DNA of 64,000 nt from NCBI GenBank assembly GCA_977030845.1, contig OZ365110.1:39122001-39186000 (forward strand), given 5' to 3'. Within the stretch, counting starts at the first letter, position 1; every line of letters begins with the position of its first letter. Positions 24,701 through 37,400 of the stretch are shown here, piece after piece. The position numbers and the translations under genes are program-made. A model generated the notes under the pieces. It was not told the origin of the DNA. It did not search any database and was given only the letters and a program-made list of their open reading frames with translations. The DNA is from Fimbriosthenelais zetlandica (Eukaryota).

Positions 24701-26560
24701 TGACTATTAGACACATTGATCGCAGGGTCTGGCTCTTAAAGGATGTGAATATTTGGGTGAGAATTGGTGAGTAACGTTAGTGGAAGGAAAGTAGGGCCCG
24801 GTCATGGCTTGGCTGCGGAGAATCCATTGCCTTATCGACCAGCCGCAGGTTTTCATCAAAGTTTGACTTCAAGATTGGACAGATAAGCCATCAAAGCCAG
24901 GCGTGTTCTATCGCGAATTTGTCTTTATAATCTATTTTCCTTCTACTAGACGATTATCACTTGACAATGCATTAAAGTCGAGAACATTAAGGGTCCTTGT
25001 TTAATTGTGTAAATTTATTTTATATAACGCTGAAAGCTGGTTCAAGCAACATCCAGATTCAAATAAATCAGCAGTGCCGAATATCAATCCATGCAACGCT
25101 GACTGGGGGATTATTTACCCACATGCGATTCTGGTTCGGCAAACAATTGTAAAAGGCAACAACGATTCAAATATTATTCCTGATCTCGCGGTCTAATGAA
25201 CCTTTACTGTTTACTTTTCAAATACAGCTTCAAAGCGTTGAGGGAACATGGATCCATCCAGATTTTATTAATCATTCTGTTTGTAGACAGATGGGTCCTT
25301 AGTGATTTGGTGATTTGTGACAAAAATGCAGCTTTAAATTCCTATTCCCGGATTGTTTTAATGTTGTATCAATCATTTTTGTTGCCATGACAGAGGATAA
25401 AATGAATGAATTGTCACAGATTTTTTCCATACTTCTGCTCATTGCACTTTTCATACAGAAGATAAGCAACCAGCAATTTCAGAAGGTAGAAAGAAGTTCC
25501 TGTTGTCAAATGCAGATGTTCTGAGCTTGTAGCAAAATCCGAAATTTCAATTCCATTCACCTTCCAGCTTCAAATATGACAATGAAATATATCTGAATAT
25601 TTCTGATTAAGGGACTTTCAAATAGCCCAGGGCTTCTTTGCCAGATGATCTTGTCAGCTTCAGTGTTATTCAGAACGGAAACACCTAAAATACTCGTCAA
25701 TCGGTCGTTCACCGAGGGGAATTTTACTGTTGAAAAAATGGTACAATTTAAATGGCATGTCAGATTTCAAAATGTATAGCAGTCATAGCTGTCATACGAT
25801 GGGGCAGGTCATATGAAATATACAGTTTTGCGGAATTTTTCCATAAGATTTTCTCTTGGGACGAACTCATGATGTCCTACTAAAGAATTCGGAGAATGTT
25901 CACAATGAACCGAATAGAAGCCCGGTCCATTAAAAATCCTTCTCATGGGGATTACAGGGATGGATCCATATAATCATCGGTCAGGAGGTTAGAGTGTTAA
26001 TCACACTTCACGTGGGAAACAAAATGAAGACCATGATGAGTCATGAGTGGGGAATTTATGAGAATCATCCCAGAGAAGCTGGCTCTGCCACCATCCCCAA
26101 CACATTAAGCTCCATGCACGCACCAAACCTCCAGAACAGAGAAATGGCCACCCAGGAAATAGAACCAGCAAAATGATATATTGTAGAACTCAAAAATGGG
26201 TCCTAACTACTTCCACACGTGACCATGCGCAAATGATTCCCATTGCCCCATGGCCCCAATCTCTGACACTTCCAAGTTCTTGATTGGAAGAGGAAGGATC
26301 GGCAAAGTCGTGATTGCGCGGAGACAATAAGTCCTGCGGCCGTTTTCTGCCTCAGTGATAAAGTTACCTGGGACTTGGTCCGGGGAAAAGGCTTCTAGAG
26401 GAAAAATGGAAGTTGGAGGGGAAGTGAGGAGGAGGGCGGCTGATTCGGCCATCATCAGCTTGATTGTGTGGGTAATTGATGCCTATCAGTCCGCGTTATT
26501 TGATTTACGACTCCCGGATAGGCTGCCAGCAGTTTCTGCTATAGAAGTATAGACTTGGTA
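21750..26560 (-). pseudogene. Degenerate very long ORF or tandem ORFs of unknown function
   Basis: Track ORFs 23022-23228, 22587-22847 and 22011-22346 lie in one minus-strand frame. Protein-like frames also run from about 26560 to 24300 (LLKLLVAYLLYEKCNEQKYGKNL*QFIHFILCHG...EFKAAFLSQITKSLRTHLSTNRMINKIWMDP). Many stops. Confidence 0.33.
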
Positions 26561-28311
26561 GCGCCTTAGTTAGAAAGTTCGTTGTTAATAACAAGTCATA
26601 TCAATTCATCAGTGGTAGCGCCTGGTTTGGCGAGATGTTAATTTGGGGGAGAATAAAGGCCTTGCTGCATGGTAATTATTATAGTATATAGATCTATGTA
26701 GTATACAAGCTGTATTTTAAAAAGGACAATACAGCATCCAATGCTTCAGTTTTGGTACGAAAAGACATTTCTCCTGCAATGTTGAATGAAGATCTGTTGA
26801 TGTCCCAGAAGTACTTCTCTGTGACAATGGCATTACATACATTGGACCCCATATCATTTATGATTTAGGTCTACGAATATGATATAAACACATGTAATAG
26901 CCATGGGAAAGCACCAGATGCAGCAAGGATAAACCCATAAGGACTTACAAACCCTTTTTTGCTGCATACCCAAGGATCTTATTATTCCCATACTGCAATA
27001 TTCTCATCAGACCCTTTTAATGTATAACTATTGTTTTATCTCTTGTGTCCCAGTTACTGTAATATAATATTTCATGTCATATAAAATTTGTAAAGTCCAT
27101 AGTCACAGATTAACGAAAGCAAGGCAACGAACGCCTATGGAAAGGTATTATGTCTGAGACGATGTCCTTGCCATCCTTGCACTGAGATTGCCTTGTGACT
27201 CTGGCCTGCCTGGGGAAGCATACATATAGGAAGCAAGCTTTACTTTTGACTGGGAACTGATGGTAATCAACACAGCAGGCGTCTGACCCCCGGGGTCAGG
27301 CTTTCCAAGTCAATAAATTAGGCCCTTGGCTGCAGGACAAGATGAAATCCTCGCAAATGAGGTCCTGCGAGCACTGATGATATATCATAAAGCTTAGTGC
27401 CAGCACAAGTAAAGCTCGACCGTCTCACTCATCTCTGCTCGGCCTTAAGGGTATGATCCACATATTATTATGTGGGTCGCTGGTTACGATTCTTACGATC
27501 TCTTACAAAAATATGAGAAACGTGCAGGGGGTTGTCAGTGGATTATGCACAATACATTTTTAAAGTCATATTATGATGACTTCTGTTTCCTCCGAAGCCC
27601 CCAGATAGGTGTGAAGTCCCCAGACACACTCACAAACATCGAACATGTTCTTGGAAGGCATGTAACAAACATAGGACACTTGAAGATTGCAGTGAAGAAG
27701 CTTCATATGAAAGAAAATTAATTAATTCCATATAATATATGCACATGCAAAATGGGAGAATTTCGTCAAAGTTATCATTACCGAACCTGTCTTGAATTAG
27801 GCCCAAGAGATTAGATGGAACTTTAAGAAAAAGACTAAAGAGAGAAAGGAACCAACAGAAAAAACAAGAATCATATGGATTAATGGCAATCAGTAGAACG
27901 ATGCAGAAGAAAAGATGCTTTAGCCCATATTTTGTCTCTGCATACAATGCTATATGGCTGGAAATGGAGGTGGAAGGGAGGCAAAAAATGAGCCCTTGCA
28001 CGACGATGATAACATGAATTATCCATATTATGTCCATTAGCACGGGGAGATCCTGAACCGAGGCCTACCCCTCGGGTATCTTTACGACTGCCTTCCTTTA
28101 GCATGTAGGTCATTTGTTAATCGCTGGTGGGGCATGGCTAAGGCCCAGAGGAACGAGGAATCTTGAAGATAGCTTCAGCCCATGAGCCTTACACCACTAT
28201 CTCTTGCTCTAAGGCTCTGGCTGAGTTGAGACCTATGAATTATTCGCCCAACTACAACATATGATGTGTGCTGGGACCAAGCTTAGTTATCATATGTTTT
28301 GTCCAAAGTCT

Positions 28312-30170
28312 TTAGAGAGCAAGAGTGAGTGCAAGAGAAAAATCAGTCAATTCGCAAGAGAGATAGAGAAAGGGGAGGCAAGGAGAGATCATGCAAGAGT
28401 GAGAGATATATTTTTCTATTCGAGAGTGTCCTTCTTGACACTGTAGGAACAAGTAAATGCAGCTTTGTATGGAGGTCGAAAATGATTTGTCGTACCTGCC
28501 TATATGATACGGGGTATCATATTCCATTGCCAATCAAGGTATTACTCAGCGATATCTGTCAGGATCAAAATTCCAAGAAATATGAGATTTTCATCTTCGA
28601 TGCAATAATATGACAAAAAGTGAGAAGATATCGGATATTAACTGGGATTTGTCTTCCGTGTCCTTTCCATTGTTTTTCTTCCTTAAAGATCCTTCATTCT
28701 CATTCAGCAAGACCAGCTCTTGAACACCTGGTTCTTACCAAGAATAAGCCCTTTTTGCCTTCTCTGGACATACATTACCTTGCAGCATCGTTCTTGTTAT
28801 ATCTAACATGTGCATGTACTTGTCCTTGTAATTTCTCAGAGCAATCCGTTGTCTGTGGGGATCTTATAGTAGAATCTAGCTTCTTTGTCTAATCTATCAT
28901 GCTCATGTCTTGTCTCCTTTTATCCCCTCGCTCCATCATATAATACCTTGCATATATCTGCTCTGCAACGGCCAAATCTTCCTGCGGCTCGGTCCTCCCC
29001 TATATAACTTGAGCTATAGCCATACCAAACATAGAAACGGGGGAGAACAGCAAAGAGCTATCTCTACAACACTTGCCCCTTTGCCATAGCAATAACTTAT
29101 AGCAATGTGTCCAATGATTTGGATTGACCTTTTAGTTTTGGGCCAGGAAGCTGGGAGCTTCACGTCTCTGTATATACCCAAGCCAGGCTGTCTCAAGATG
29201 ACAGGGAATTTATGTGTGTTGAAGATCTTTCTCAACAGAGCCTTCAAATGCCACATGTGTCCATACGATAAGCAGGTGATGTCCATTCCCCAAGCTCCAT
29301 CTATACACGTCCAGGTTTCCCTTTGAAACCCTTAACTTAGGCCATTCAACCCTTGTAGCGAACAGAGATAACCAAAACCAAATACTTGTGTCATGCCAAA
29401 CATAATATTTCACATTCAGGAAGATAAAGAATTGCTCGGGGAGGCGTAACACAGGTGACCATTCTTGCTTGAATGATTTATATTTTCCAAAAGACAATTT
29501 CTTGTCGTTTTCCTTGTTTTTAGCTTCAACTGGAAATGATGGATTTGAACGCCAGCCCATTCATTAAATGTCGTTTTTTCTCAATAGGCTTTCTATTGAG
29601 GAACTCTAACCATATTATTAAGACAGTTGTCAGCAGCTACCAAACCTGAAATTTAGGTTGTATAATGGCCAGCTGCAAAATGCTCTTGAAGAAACCTCAG
29701 GATTGCTAAATTTAATATTGTTCATCCTGGTGCAGACTAGAGCCTCCTTGAGGTGCATAACAATGGCTTCTTTACGTGCTTCTACACCATGCTTCCAATA
29801 AATGGATCCTAGAAAAACCCATGTTAATCTCGTGCCATGGCAATTTGTGTACAATGGAATAACGATGGTGAATGAAGAATCAGGTTTTTCATCTCTCGCC
29901 GGGCGTGCCGAGGAATCAGAGGGTCTTCCATCCAACATATTATTAGAATTTAATATAGAGGCCTAACAATGATATTCAAATCAAGTAGGCCGTGGGAGCA
30001 AGTATCAACTGGCGTAAAATTGTCAGAGGACGCCTCTGGAAATAATTCTCCCGCAGGAATAACACTCTCTTTGCGTCTGAGAGGTTGGAATGCCAATCAA
30101 TGAAAATGCACCATAGAAAAATGCACGGGCATCCCAGGTTATTCTCTTTGACTTTTCAATATCGTTTGAA
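28312..30170 (-). pseudogene. Degenerate long ORF of unknown function
   Basis: Track ORFs 29630-29938 (102 aa) and 29210-29560 (116 aa) are in the same frame. The downstream frame RIALRNYKDKYMHMLDITRTMLQGNVCPEKAKRAYSW*EPGVQELVLL...SWNFDPDRYR*VIP*LAMEYDTPYHIGRYDK joins ORF 28312-28533. Confidence 0.4.
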
Positions 30171-30629
30171 TTATACACGTGTGTGATTATGTCTGTTTGT
30201 ACTTGACTGCATGCTGGGTCCTGTGTTACAAAGGAAACACTGATAGTTATACTGTTAAGGATCAGGTGTTCTATGTCCTAATGGGTGTACATGTTATTGT
30301 GGGTTACCACGCGAATTGGCACATAACTGCCTTCAGTAATGTACTGCAGCTCTCCACAGGGAAATACAGACATGTTTGTTATAAACATGGCCACGTATGT
30401 TACCCCCAATGTCTTCATTAGATGAATATGTACCTACACAATGTTACAGCTTTGTGCAATTTAGATTGCCTTCCCTTGCAATGCAGCAGTCCTAAAATGT
30501 CACACATTGGGGCCCCTGCAAGGACTTCATCAAGACACAATAATATATAATGTAGTTCACTGCCTTGGCTTGGAGGTGGCTTTTACTGACAAACAAAGCC
30601 ATCATGTAACTTTCAGGGGAACATTCTAG

Positions 30630-31400
30630 TTGTTTTGACAGTCAGTACTGGGAAATGCTAGAAACTAAACATCTATTTGAAAGGAGCATTTTTTTAGCCT
30701 TAGTTACTAACATGAAGCATGAGGACCGTTTGTGTCTTGGTTTACTGGTAACATGACCTGAATGGCTGCAATGGGTAGAGTCAAACTAGCAGATCCCTTA
30801 CTTGTACGATATAAGACCAAATACAGCATCCATTTATCAGAGGATTCACTAGCCACAACTTTGCTTTTTGCAGAACAGATAGATCTACTGGGAAATTCAG
30901 GTTTTCTGAATATCGTCAGGGTTAAATTAAAATTCTTGTAGTCTGAACTATGGACTTCTCAACTCCACTCCTGAAACTGGAAAGGGTTAACTGGAGTCTT
31001 AATTCTTGCTTATGTACCATTTATTCCAATAGTATGCCAGTAAAGGTTTGAGTACATGCTGTTGGTCATTGGGCAGTACTGGGCAGACTTGCAATATGAT
31101 ATCATTCATACTGAGAACAGTCTACATCATCATAAAGCTTGGTGCTCCAAAGTGAACACTGTTCGACTATGTTCTTGTAATAGCCCCTCGGAAATGTACT
31201 TCGCCACCAGGCAATAACTTTGTAGATTGGTCATCTCATCTCTAAGCTTGGCCTTTAACCTACATGCATCTTGTCTGTAAAATATTTTGCAGTAAAGAAC
31301 AAGTCCTTTTTACAAGTCCATGCGCAGGTTTAGATTATTTCAGCAAAGCAGAAATAACTATGTCGGGAGCGCCATTTGTATAGCAATGTGTTGATAGGAA
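30630..31400 (+). pseudogene. Degenerate ORF of unknown function, last coding-like segment of the block
   Basis: MAAMGRVKLADPLLVRYKTKYSIHLSEDSLATTLLFAEQIDLLGNSGFLNIVRVKLKFL*SELW...RFEYMLLVIGQYWADLQYDIIHTENSLHHHKAWCSK..., with isolated stops. Confidence 0.3.
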
Positions 31401-33694
31401 AGGGCAGTTGTTGTATTTTGTAATGCAAAAATATCACTAAATGTGGAGTAAAAAGGATGTGCTAGCATTTATGAGGTCATTACCATGTTCCTCTTGTCTG
31501 GAACAGATATTACTCTGATATTCTGTGTGATGATACTTTCCTGCTATAGTCGAAAACCTGACAGGTGCAATTATGTATCTGTCAGACAGTAGAATAGGAC
31601 AAAATGGCGACATCACACTATTCCATCACCCTACACTCTAAGAAATCCTGGTAGTCTTGCCACTAGAGCTTTCATTAAACCAAGCTGGAGTAACAACTTT
31701 TTATGTCTTAAGGTGGGCTGGCGATTTACTAAAGAAAAGTTGATACATCAGGGGCTTTTAACTTTATTCCGACAATTATTCCAGCTAAGCCGCAAAAATT
31801 ACAACTCGCAGGGACCCCTAATGTTATAACTGCACTTATAACCACAGTGGTCACTGGTGCGTGAAGCCAGTGGTCTAATCCCCCCCTCCCTATACCTTAG
31901 CTTTATTGTCGCGCATGGGGCTAGGGTAAAATCAATATAATTATCACTTTTAAAATAATGCTTACAATTGCATGACATAAAGATGACTTTGTCATGTATT
32001 AGTTCTAATTTATGTTCTTCAAGCCGCGAGCAGGGATAGGAAAAATATCACATGCAAAGTTTGCTTAATTTGGGCCCGATAATGGGGTGCTATTCAATGT
32101 TGGTATATTTATTTTGATCAGCAATATGCTGTTTCTTAAAACTTCTAAGTATTTTAGAACCTTGTTTTCAAATAAGAAACCGTGAATTATAAATTACAAA
32201 CAAAGAAACTTTATATATAATATAGCCTCGATCAAGACATGCATGTTACAAGTACTCAGTAAACCAACCTATCCTGTTGAAAGTTGAAAGCTAGCTACCC
32301 CAGTACTTCAAAACACTTTAATTTTGAGTTTCTCGATTTTTGATTAATTTCGCGATTCTTAAATTCGCCTTTTGGCAATGTTTTCTTATTCCAGTGTATT
32401 AAAAGTTTTTAATCTCGCGTTTCTTAATGTCACAATTTCGTTTTTAATATATACTTATATGTTACCATATGATCATATATGTGCGGGGAAGAACCACGGC
32501 CAGGTGGTAGCTTTGTATATTGGGGAGGGGAGCTAAGGGGAGGGGGTTTGTTGCTGGTGGGTGGCTGGCTTGTCACACCAGTCACTACCACTCTACCCGC
32601 TGCCGGCTTCACATGGTACCTCTCTGCATTCTCTACGGGTTGTGTGTGCGTGTGGGCGGGGTTGGGGGTTGGGGGGAAGAGAACACACCCAAACTTAGTT
32701 GTATCTTAAAGTAGCTCTTGAAGAGGCAACATGTGCATGGTGGACACACGCTGTGGAGGACATAAGAGTACAAAAGGTAACACTCTTTACATTAACAGAA
32801 TTTTCGAGTCCATTTACAAGATTCTATGAGTATATAGACATCGGATGGGATGATTATTTGCACTCATTTCAATAAATATAAGATATATATTATGCTTTAC
32901 ATTTGTCTCAGACTCAAATGACCAATTAAGGCATGATAGATGATTCAAACTGCTTTAGTTATTCTGGTAGGTACAAGAATTTGTTTCGATGAATTTATAA
33001 TATCCCATTTTGCTACGGCAACCTGGATGGTCTAGTAGTTATCATTTCAATAAAGTATGCTCTGCATTTGTTTCAGATTCGAGAGAAAGGAAAGTTCTAT
33101 AGTTATTATACAACTCTGAGATGAAGGCCCGATGGAGTGACCCAATTTACTGGTTATTCTTAAATACAGGGATATGAAAAGCTGTTAGGCCGCGTTTGCA
33201 TTGGGATAAAAGGGTTAGTATATATACATATTTATCCCACTAACACCCGGACTTTTCTTCTTGGTATGAACATTCCCATGGTGATTTCTTATGAGGAAGA
33301 AGGCCGATTGTTTATATGTTTTATTCCTGCTGAATTATATTAAACATAAACCTTTGCTCTTCTATTTACAGGTGGAAACTTCAGAGGGATTAAGAGACTG
33401 GGCAAGGTATAATACAACAAAGACCTGAATCCACTCCCCCAGTCAGACAGAGCCACAGGCGAACAATAGGCCTAGAGAACAAAAGGCCTACATGGACCCT
33501 AAAGTTAGAAGTTGGATTAAAGAAATAATTGACATAAGAATACTATAGACTGACTGATAGAAAAATATAAAATTAGGCTTGTCCAGCATTAATTCAGAAT
33601 GAATATTTCATTAAAACATAATGTTTTTTCTTGCAGGAAACATTCCAAAGGTCGGAATAACCGCTTGCCAAAAATCCCCCGCCTCTCCCTCTCA

Positions 33695-33697
33695 TTT

Positions 33698-33741
<44 letters not shown>

Positions 33742-33759
33742 TCGTTCTTTCTTTCTTTC
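33695..33759. repeat. (CTTT)n tetranucleotide microsatellite
   Basis: About 16 near-perfect TTTC/CTTT units with one TTCG variant. It explains the low-complexity track ORFs at 33594-33872. Confidence 0.95.
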
Positions 33760-34432
33760 CTGTGACTATCATCCTCCCGCCTTTCAATGTATACCATATC
33801 ATCTTCTAGGAAAAGAAAAGCTCTCCAATCTCCTTTACAAGTGACCTCAGGAATACAAGGAAACTGTCTCATTAGAGTGTGATGAGAAAATGATGAATTA
33901 TGATGAATGAAATTGATGTTGCAAAAAATAAAGTTTAATCCTCGAGAATAGAACAGGGGGTGGGGTGGGTCGGGGGAGGGGGTGAACAGTTGAAATATAA
34001 TTATAATCCTTTAATTGCCCTATACCCTAAGCTTTCCACCTGCCCTCATGCCGTCATGCCTGGCTGCGCGCGGCCGTCATGCCTGGGTGGCCCTTTAATT
34101 GGCCTAGTAATCCTTTAATTGGCCTCACTGCCATGTATAATTCCCCTTCGTTTATAAAGCTTGGCTGGTAAAATTATGTCATAAGCCCCTGGTTGGCTGG
34201 GAATCTCTCAACTAATTGTTGAAATTGGGGATTCCGCTATTCCAACAACGGGCACTGGATGAGGCTGGTAATCATGCAATTTTTCTTATAAATTCGTTCT
34301 AAGAGTGTATGTTAATCTGGTTTGGAATCACTTCACATATTCACATCTTCATCTTCAAAGCTGTCCATTTTATCAAAGAACAAATCATGGCATTCTTTTG
34401 TACTAAGTACTGCTAACATATGGAGCTTTAAA

Positions 34433-37400
34433 ATGTCTGAGAATATCCAGAATATAATGCGCATACTAATAATGGTAATATTGCTATTACCAAGCACTCG
34501 AAGAGGATTTGTTTGTTAGCTTGTCATTGTCATCATCATTACAACATAATGTGAAGCAACACAATCACAATTTCAATCATGTTCTCTCTTTTTTCAGCCA
34601 TTCAGGAGTACTGTCAGTGGGAAACATTTAACGCCACCTGTGCAGACGATGAGGTGATATTAATGCAATCAGCTCGATATGGCAGGATGCAATTAGGCCG
34701 ATGTGTGAGCAAAAACTACGGCTATGTCAGCTGCAGTGTGGACATGTTATCACATGTGGATTCTATGTGTTCTGGGAGGAGGACTTGTAAATTTGCTGTG
34801 CCCACGGAATTCATGAGGCAGAGAAGACCATGCCCTAAGGATTTCTCGTCCTACCTGGATGCTAGTTATATTTGTTCAAAAGGTAGGTTTTAGGTTTTCT
34901 TATTTCATCAAAATATGTGCTGCTCAATGGAATAGTGTTGAAGTAGATATGTTGCAAAGTTAACAAAGCTTTTATCTCACTGAACCTTTTAACTAACTGA
35001 AGCAATCATCCAACGTTTTATGATCACAAAAAAAGTAAGACTAAAGTGACCATCCCACCATTGTACGCTACATAACTGTCCCAAAAGTGGTCAGAGTTAG
35101 ACTGCATGTATTACAAACCACCAACTCCAGCCAAACGCTTTAATAATAATTGTTTGTCAAATATCACACATGACACTGTCATATATAAACCCAACCCCTT
35201 TATTACTTTATCCCATTCACAGGGCCTGAATTATAAATGGCCAGCAATTATCCCTGGTGCCATATCCCGCGCCAGTACGTTATTTAATTTTGATTTATGA
35301 AGATCTGTTTTCCGTGTTCACTTGTTATGTGATGACAAGAAGCCAGCAATATTTGATGGAGTATGAAGTGCTGAACAAATTGTTCAGTGTCAGACGTAGT
35401 CCCTCACTCTCTAGTAATGAGCAATTCAATCATAGGAGATTGAATGCTCACAAGACCACTCTAGACTAATGCCGGTGACTCTGTCTGATTTCCTTACCAT
35501 GTCACTTCCTATGCTTGGACCAAACTATATATATACTGCCAAAATACTAGACATATACTGCCATTCAATTCTATAATTATATATATCCCTTACTAGTCAT
35601 TCAGAAAAACGATTGGGACAGTCTGTAACATAGAAATTCAGGTTCAATACCACACTTGCTGGGTTATGTTTCCACCCAGGACGACATATCTAGCCTCCAG
35701 GTTTACATTTTATATAGTTAAAATAGCTTGACAAATTGATCATGGACTGAATTTTGCTAACAGAGGGGCTGTTGTGGGGCTAGTTTAAGTCTTAGTAGGC
35801 TAACTCTAAAATTCACTGGGCATTTGTCAGTCATATGGAAATAAAGCCTAATGGTCACGTGCAAAAATCTATAGGTCATTCAGCAATTTTGAACTTGCAC
35901 AGCACGTGACCAGTGTCAAGTTCCTTTACAAAGCTCTATCAGCAAATCCCTTCTAAAAAGAAGCCATGGTTGGGGGACCATGTAAATACTTTCCTATTGA
36001 TAAAGTGGTAATAGGCATCCCCCGTTGCACTTATTTACATTCCATCATTCCCAGTGCCATTACAGTCTCTGTGGATGTGCTTCCAGGCTCATTTGGCGTT
36101 TCTATCGAGACTCCAGTCCCGAACAACTATATGGATCAAAGTTCAGCCGCCTGTCTGCCCCATTTATGAGCTTTTCACGCTCCACAGCCGAATCCCAGCG
36201 GACCAATAACGCGTGGAAAATTCCTCAAGTGCAGGACTGGCATCACTTCCGGTTGAATTGGGTAGTGTGCGGTTTTGTCACCATAGGTCGCTGCGAGCTG
36301 GCAGTGGAACGTGGGAGGATTTGTTGATGACCTTATCCCCGGTCCAGGATTACACTGGCTTTTCTGAGGGCTTGAAGCATTAATGCAGGGGTCGTTCTGC
36401 TACCTCGCCCAAATATGGATTGGCATATAGATATGGACTCCCCAGGCCGAACTAAGGCGAGCATAAATTTGTCGAGAACTAGCGAGGAAATAGATCCTAG
36501 AAGATGGATCATCGGGGGCTTTTTCTTGGGTCTTTTTGCGAGAAAAAAACAGTAATAGCTTTTCTGAAAGGGTAGGGTAATTGTAACCCAAAGAAAAGCC
36601 AACAGCTGGGTTCTTTCGTTGATTCAATCTAAAGGGCAATACTGGTGTGTGGGAAATAGGTCTATATAATGTGCAATTTTGTCGGGATCTTACACCCTGC
36701 AAAACGGGCATCCTGGAAGGGCCTGTTTTCATCAGATATCGTGCCTCATTTTTCTTTTACACATACTTAACAGAATGGTTGACATACATATAATATATTG
36801 TCACCTTTTTGCAGGACACATCCTATCAACATGCAACATGGTATCAGTGCATGATAAAAATACCAGTTCAGATGACAAAGATTATCAAATTATCTATGTA
36901 TAAATCTTTGTTTCAAACCTAACCTTCCCCTTGCAGGAGGTTTGGCAGTGAAAGTAATGATAGTATTGAAAACTACATAGATCCATAAACAACGAGCAAC
37001 GGTACAGATTTCTATGATTCCCATGAAACATAGATGTGAGGGAACAGTCCATTAGGCTTGTGAGGCCCTTTTCCCAGAAAGCTAGATTGACCTCGCTTGG
37101 ATTCTGCTCAGACAATCACTTGACCTATATATGATAAATGTCATAACAATGTCATTTATTCCCTTCTCTCATGTCCTGCACTGATTCCCTTTTTTCAGTT
37201 GAAATCCCCGATGGCCCAGCCCAGCCTTGTGATCAGGGCATAGGGTCACGAGAACTGAACGTGAGTTCCACCTCAGGATATCTCTCCAGCCTTGTTGCAG
37301 CGGAAGAGGGCTACGGTTCTGACGCATGCCCATGGATAATACGTGTGGACCAGGGTCAAAGGGTCAACATTACACTGCTCGACTTTTCCCTTGGCGAGGA

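Larger units (their letters stand above)
1..31850. mobile_element. Candidate fossil gene-dense element (endogenous large DNA virus-like or giant mobile element), family unassigned; left end probably outside the window
   Basis: Long colinear frames with few stops on both strands (e.g. 5991-6539+, 8071-8724+, 10478-11065+, 20405-21076+, 29938-29210-). No intron-like polypyrimidine/AG structure and fewer homopolymer runs than the 33-64 kb half. GC looks higher by eye. No recognisable family motif. Identity as a virus or element is inference. Confidence 0.4.

Noticed and set aside
5991-31400. Alternative genetic code (TGA = Trp) or programmed readthrough explaining the broken ORFs
   Set aside because: Other frames in the same block are broken by TAA or TAG just as often, and frameshifts occur. 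Decay is the simpler explanation.
1-31850. Ordinary LINE, LTR or DIRS retrotransposon, or Polinton annotation
   Set aside because: No RT, RNase H, integrase, tyrosine recombinase, pPolB or capsid motif was recognised in hand translations. This is not excluded, because not every frame was read and the sequence is degraded.
32430-33872. Track ORFs at 32430-32714 and 33594-33872
   Set aside because: Artefacts of G-rich and (CTTT)n low-complexity sequence.
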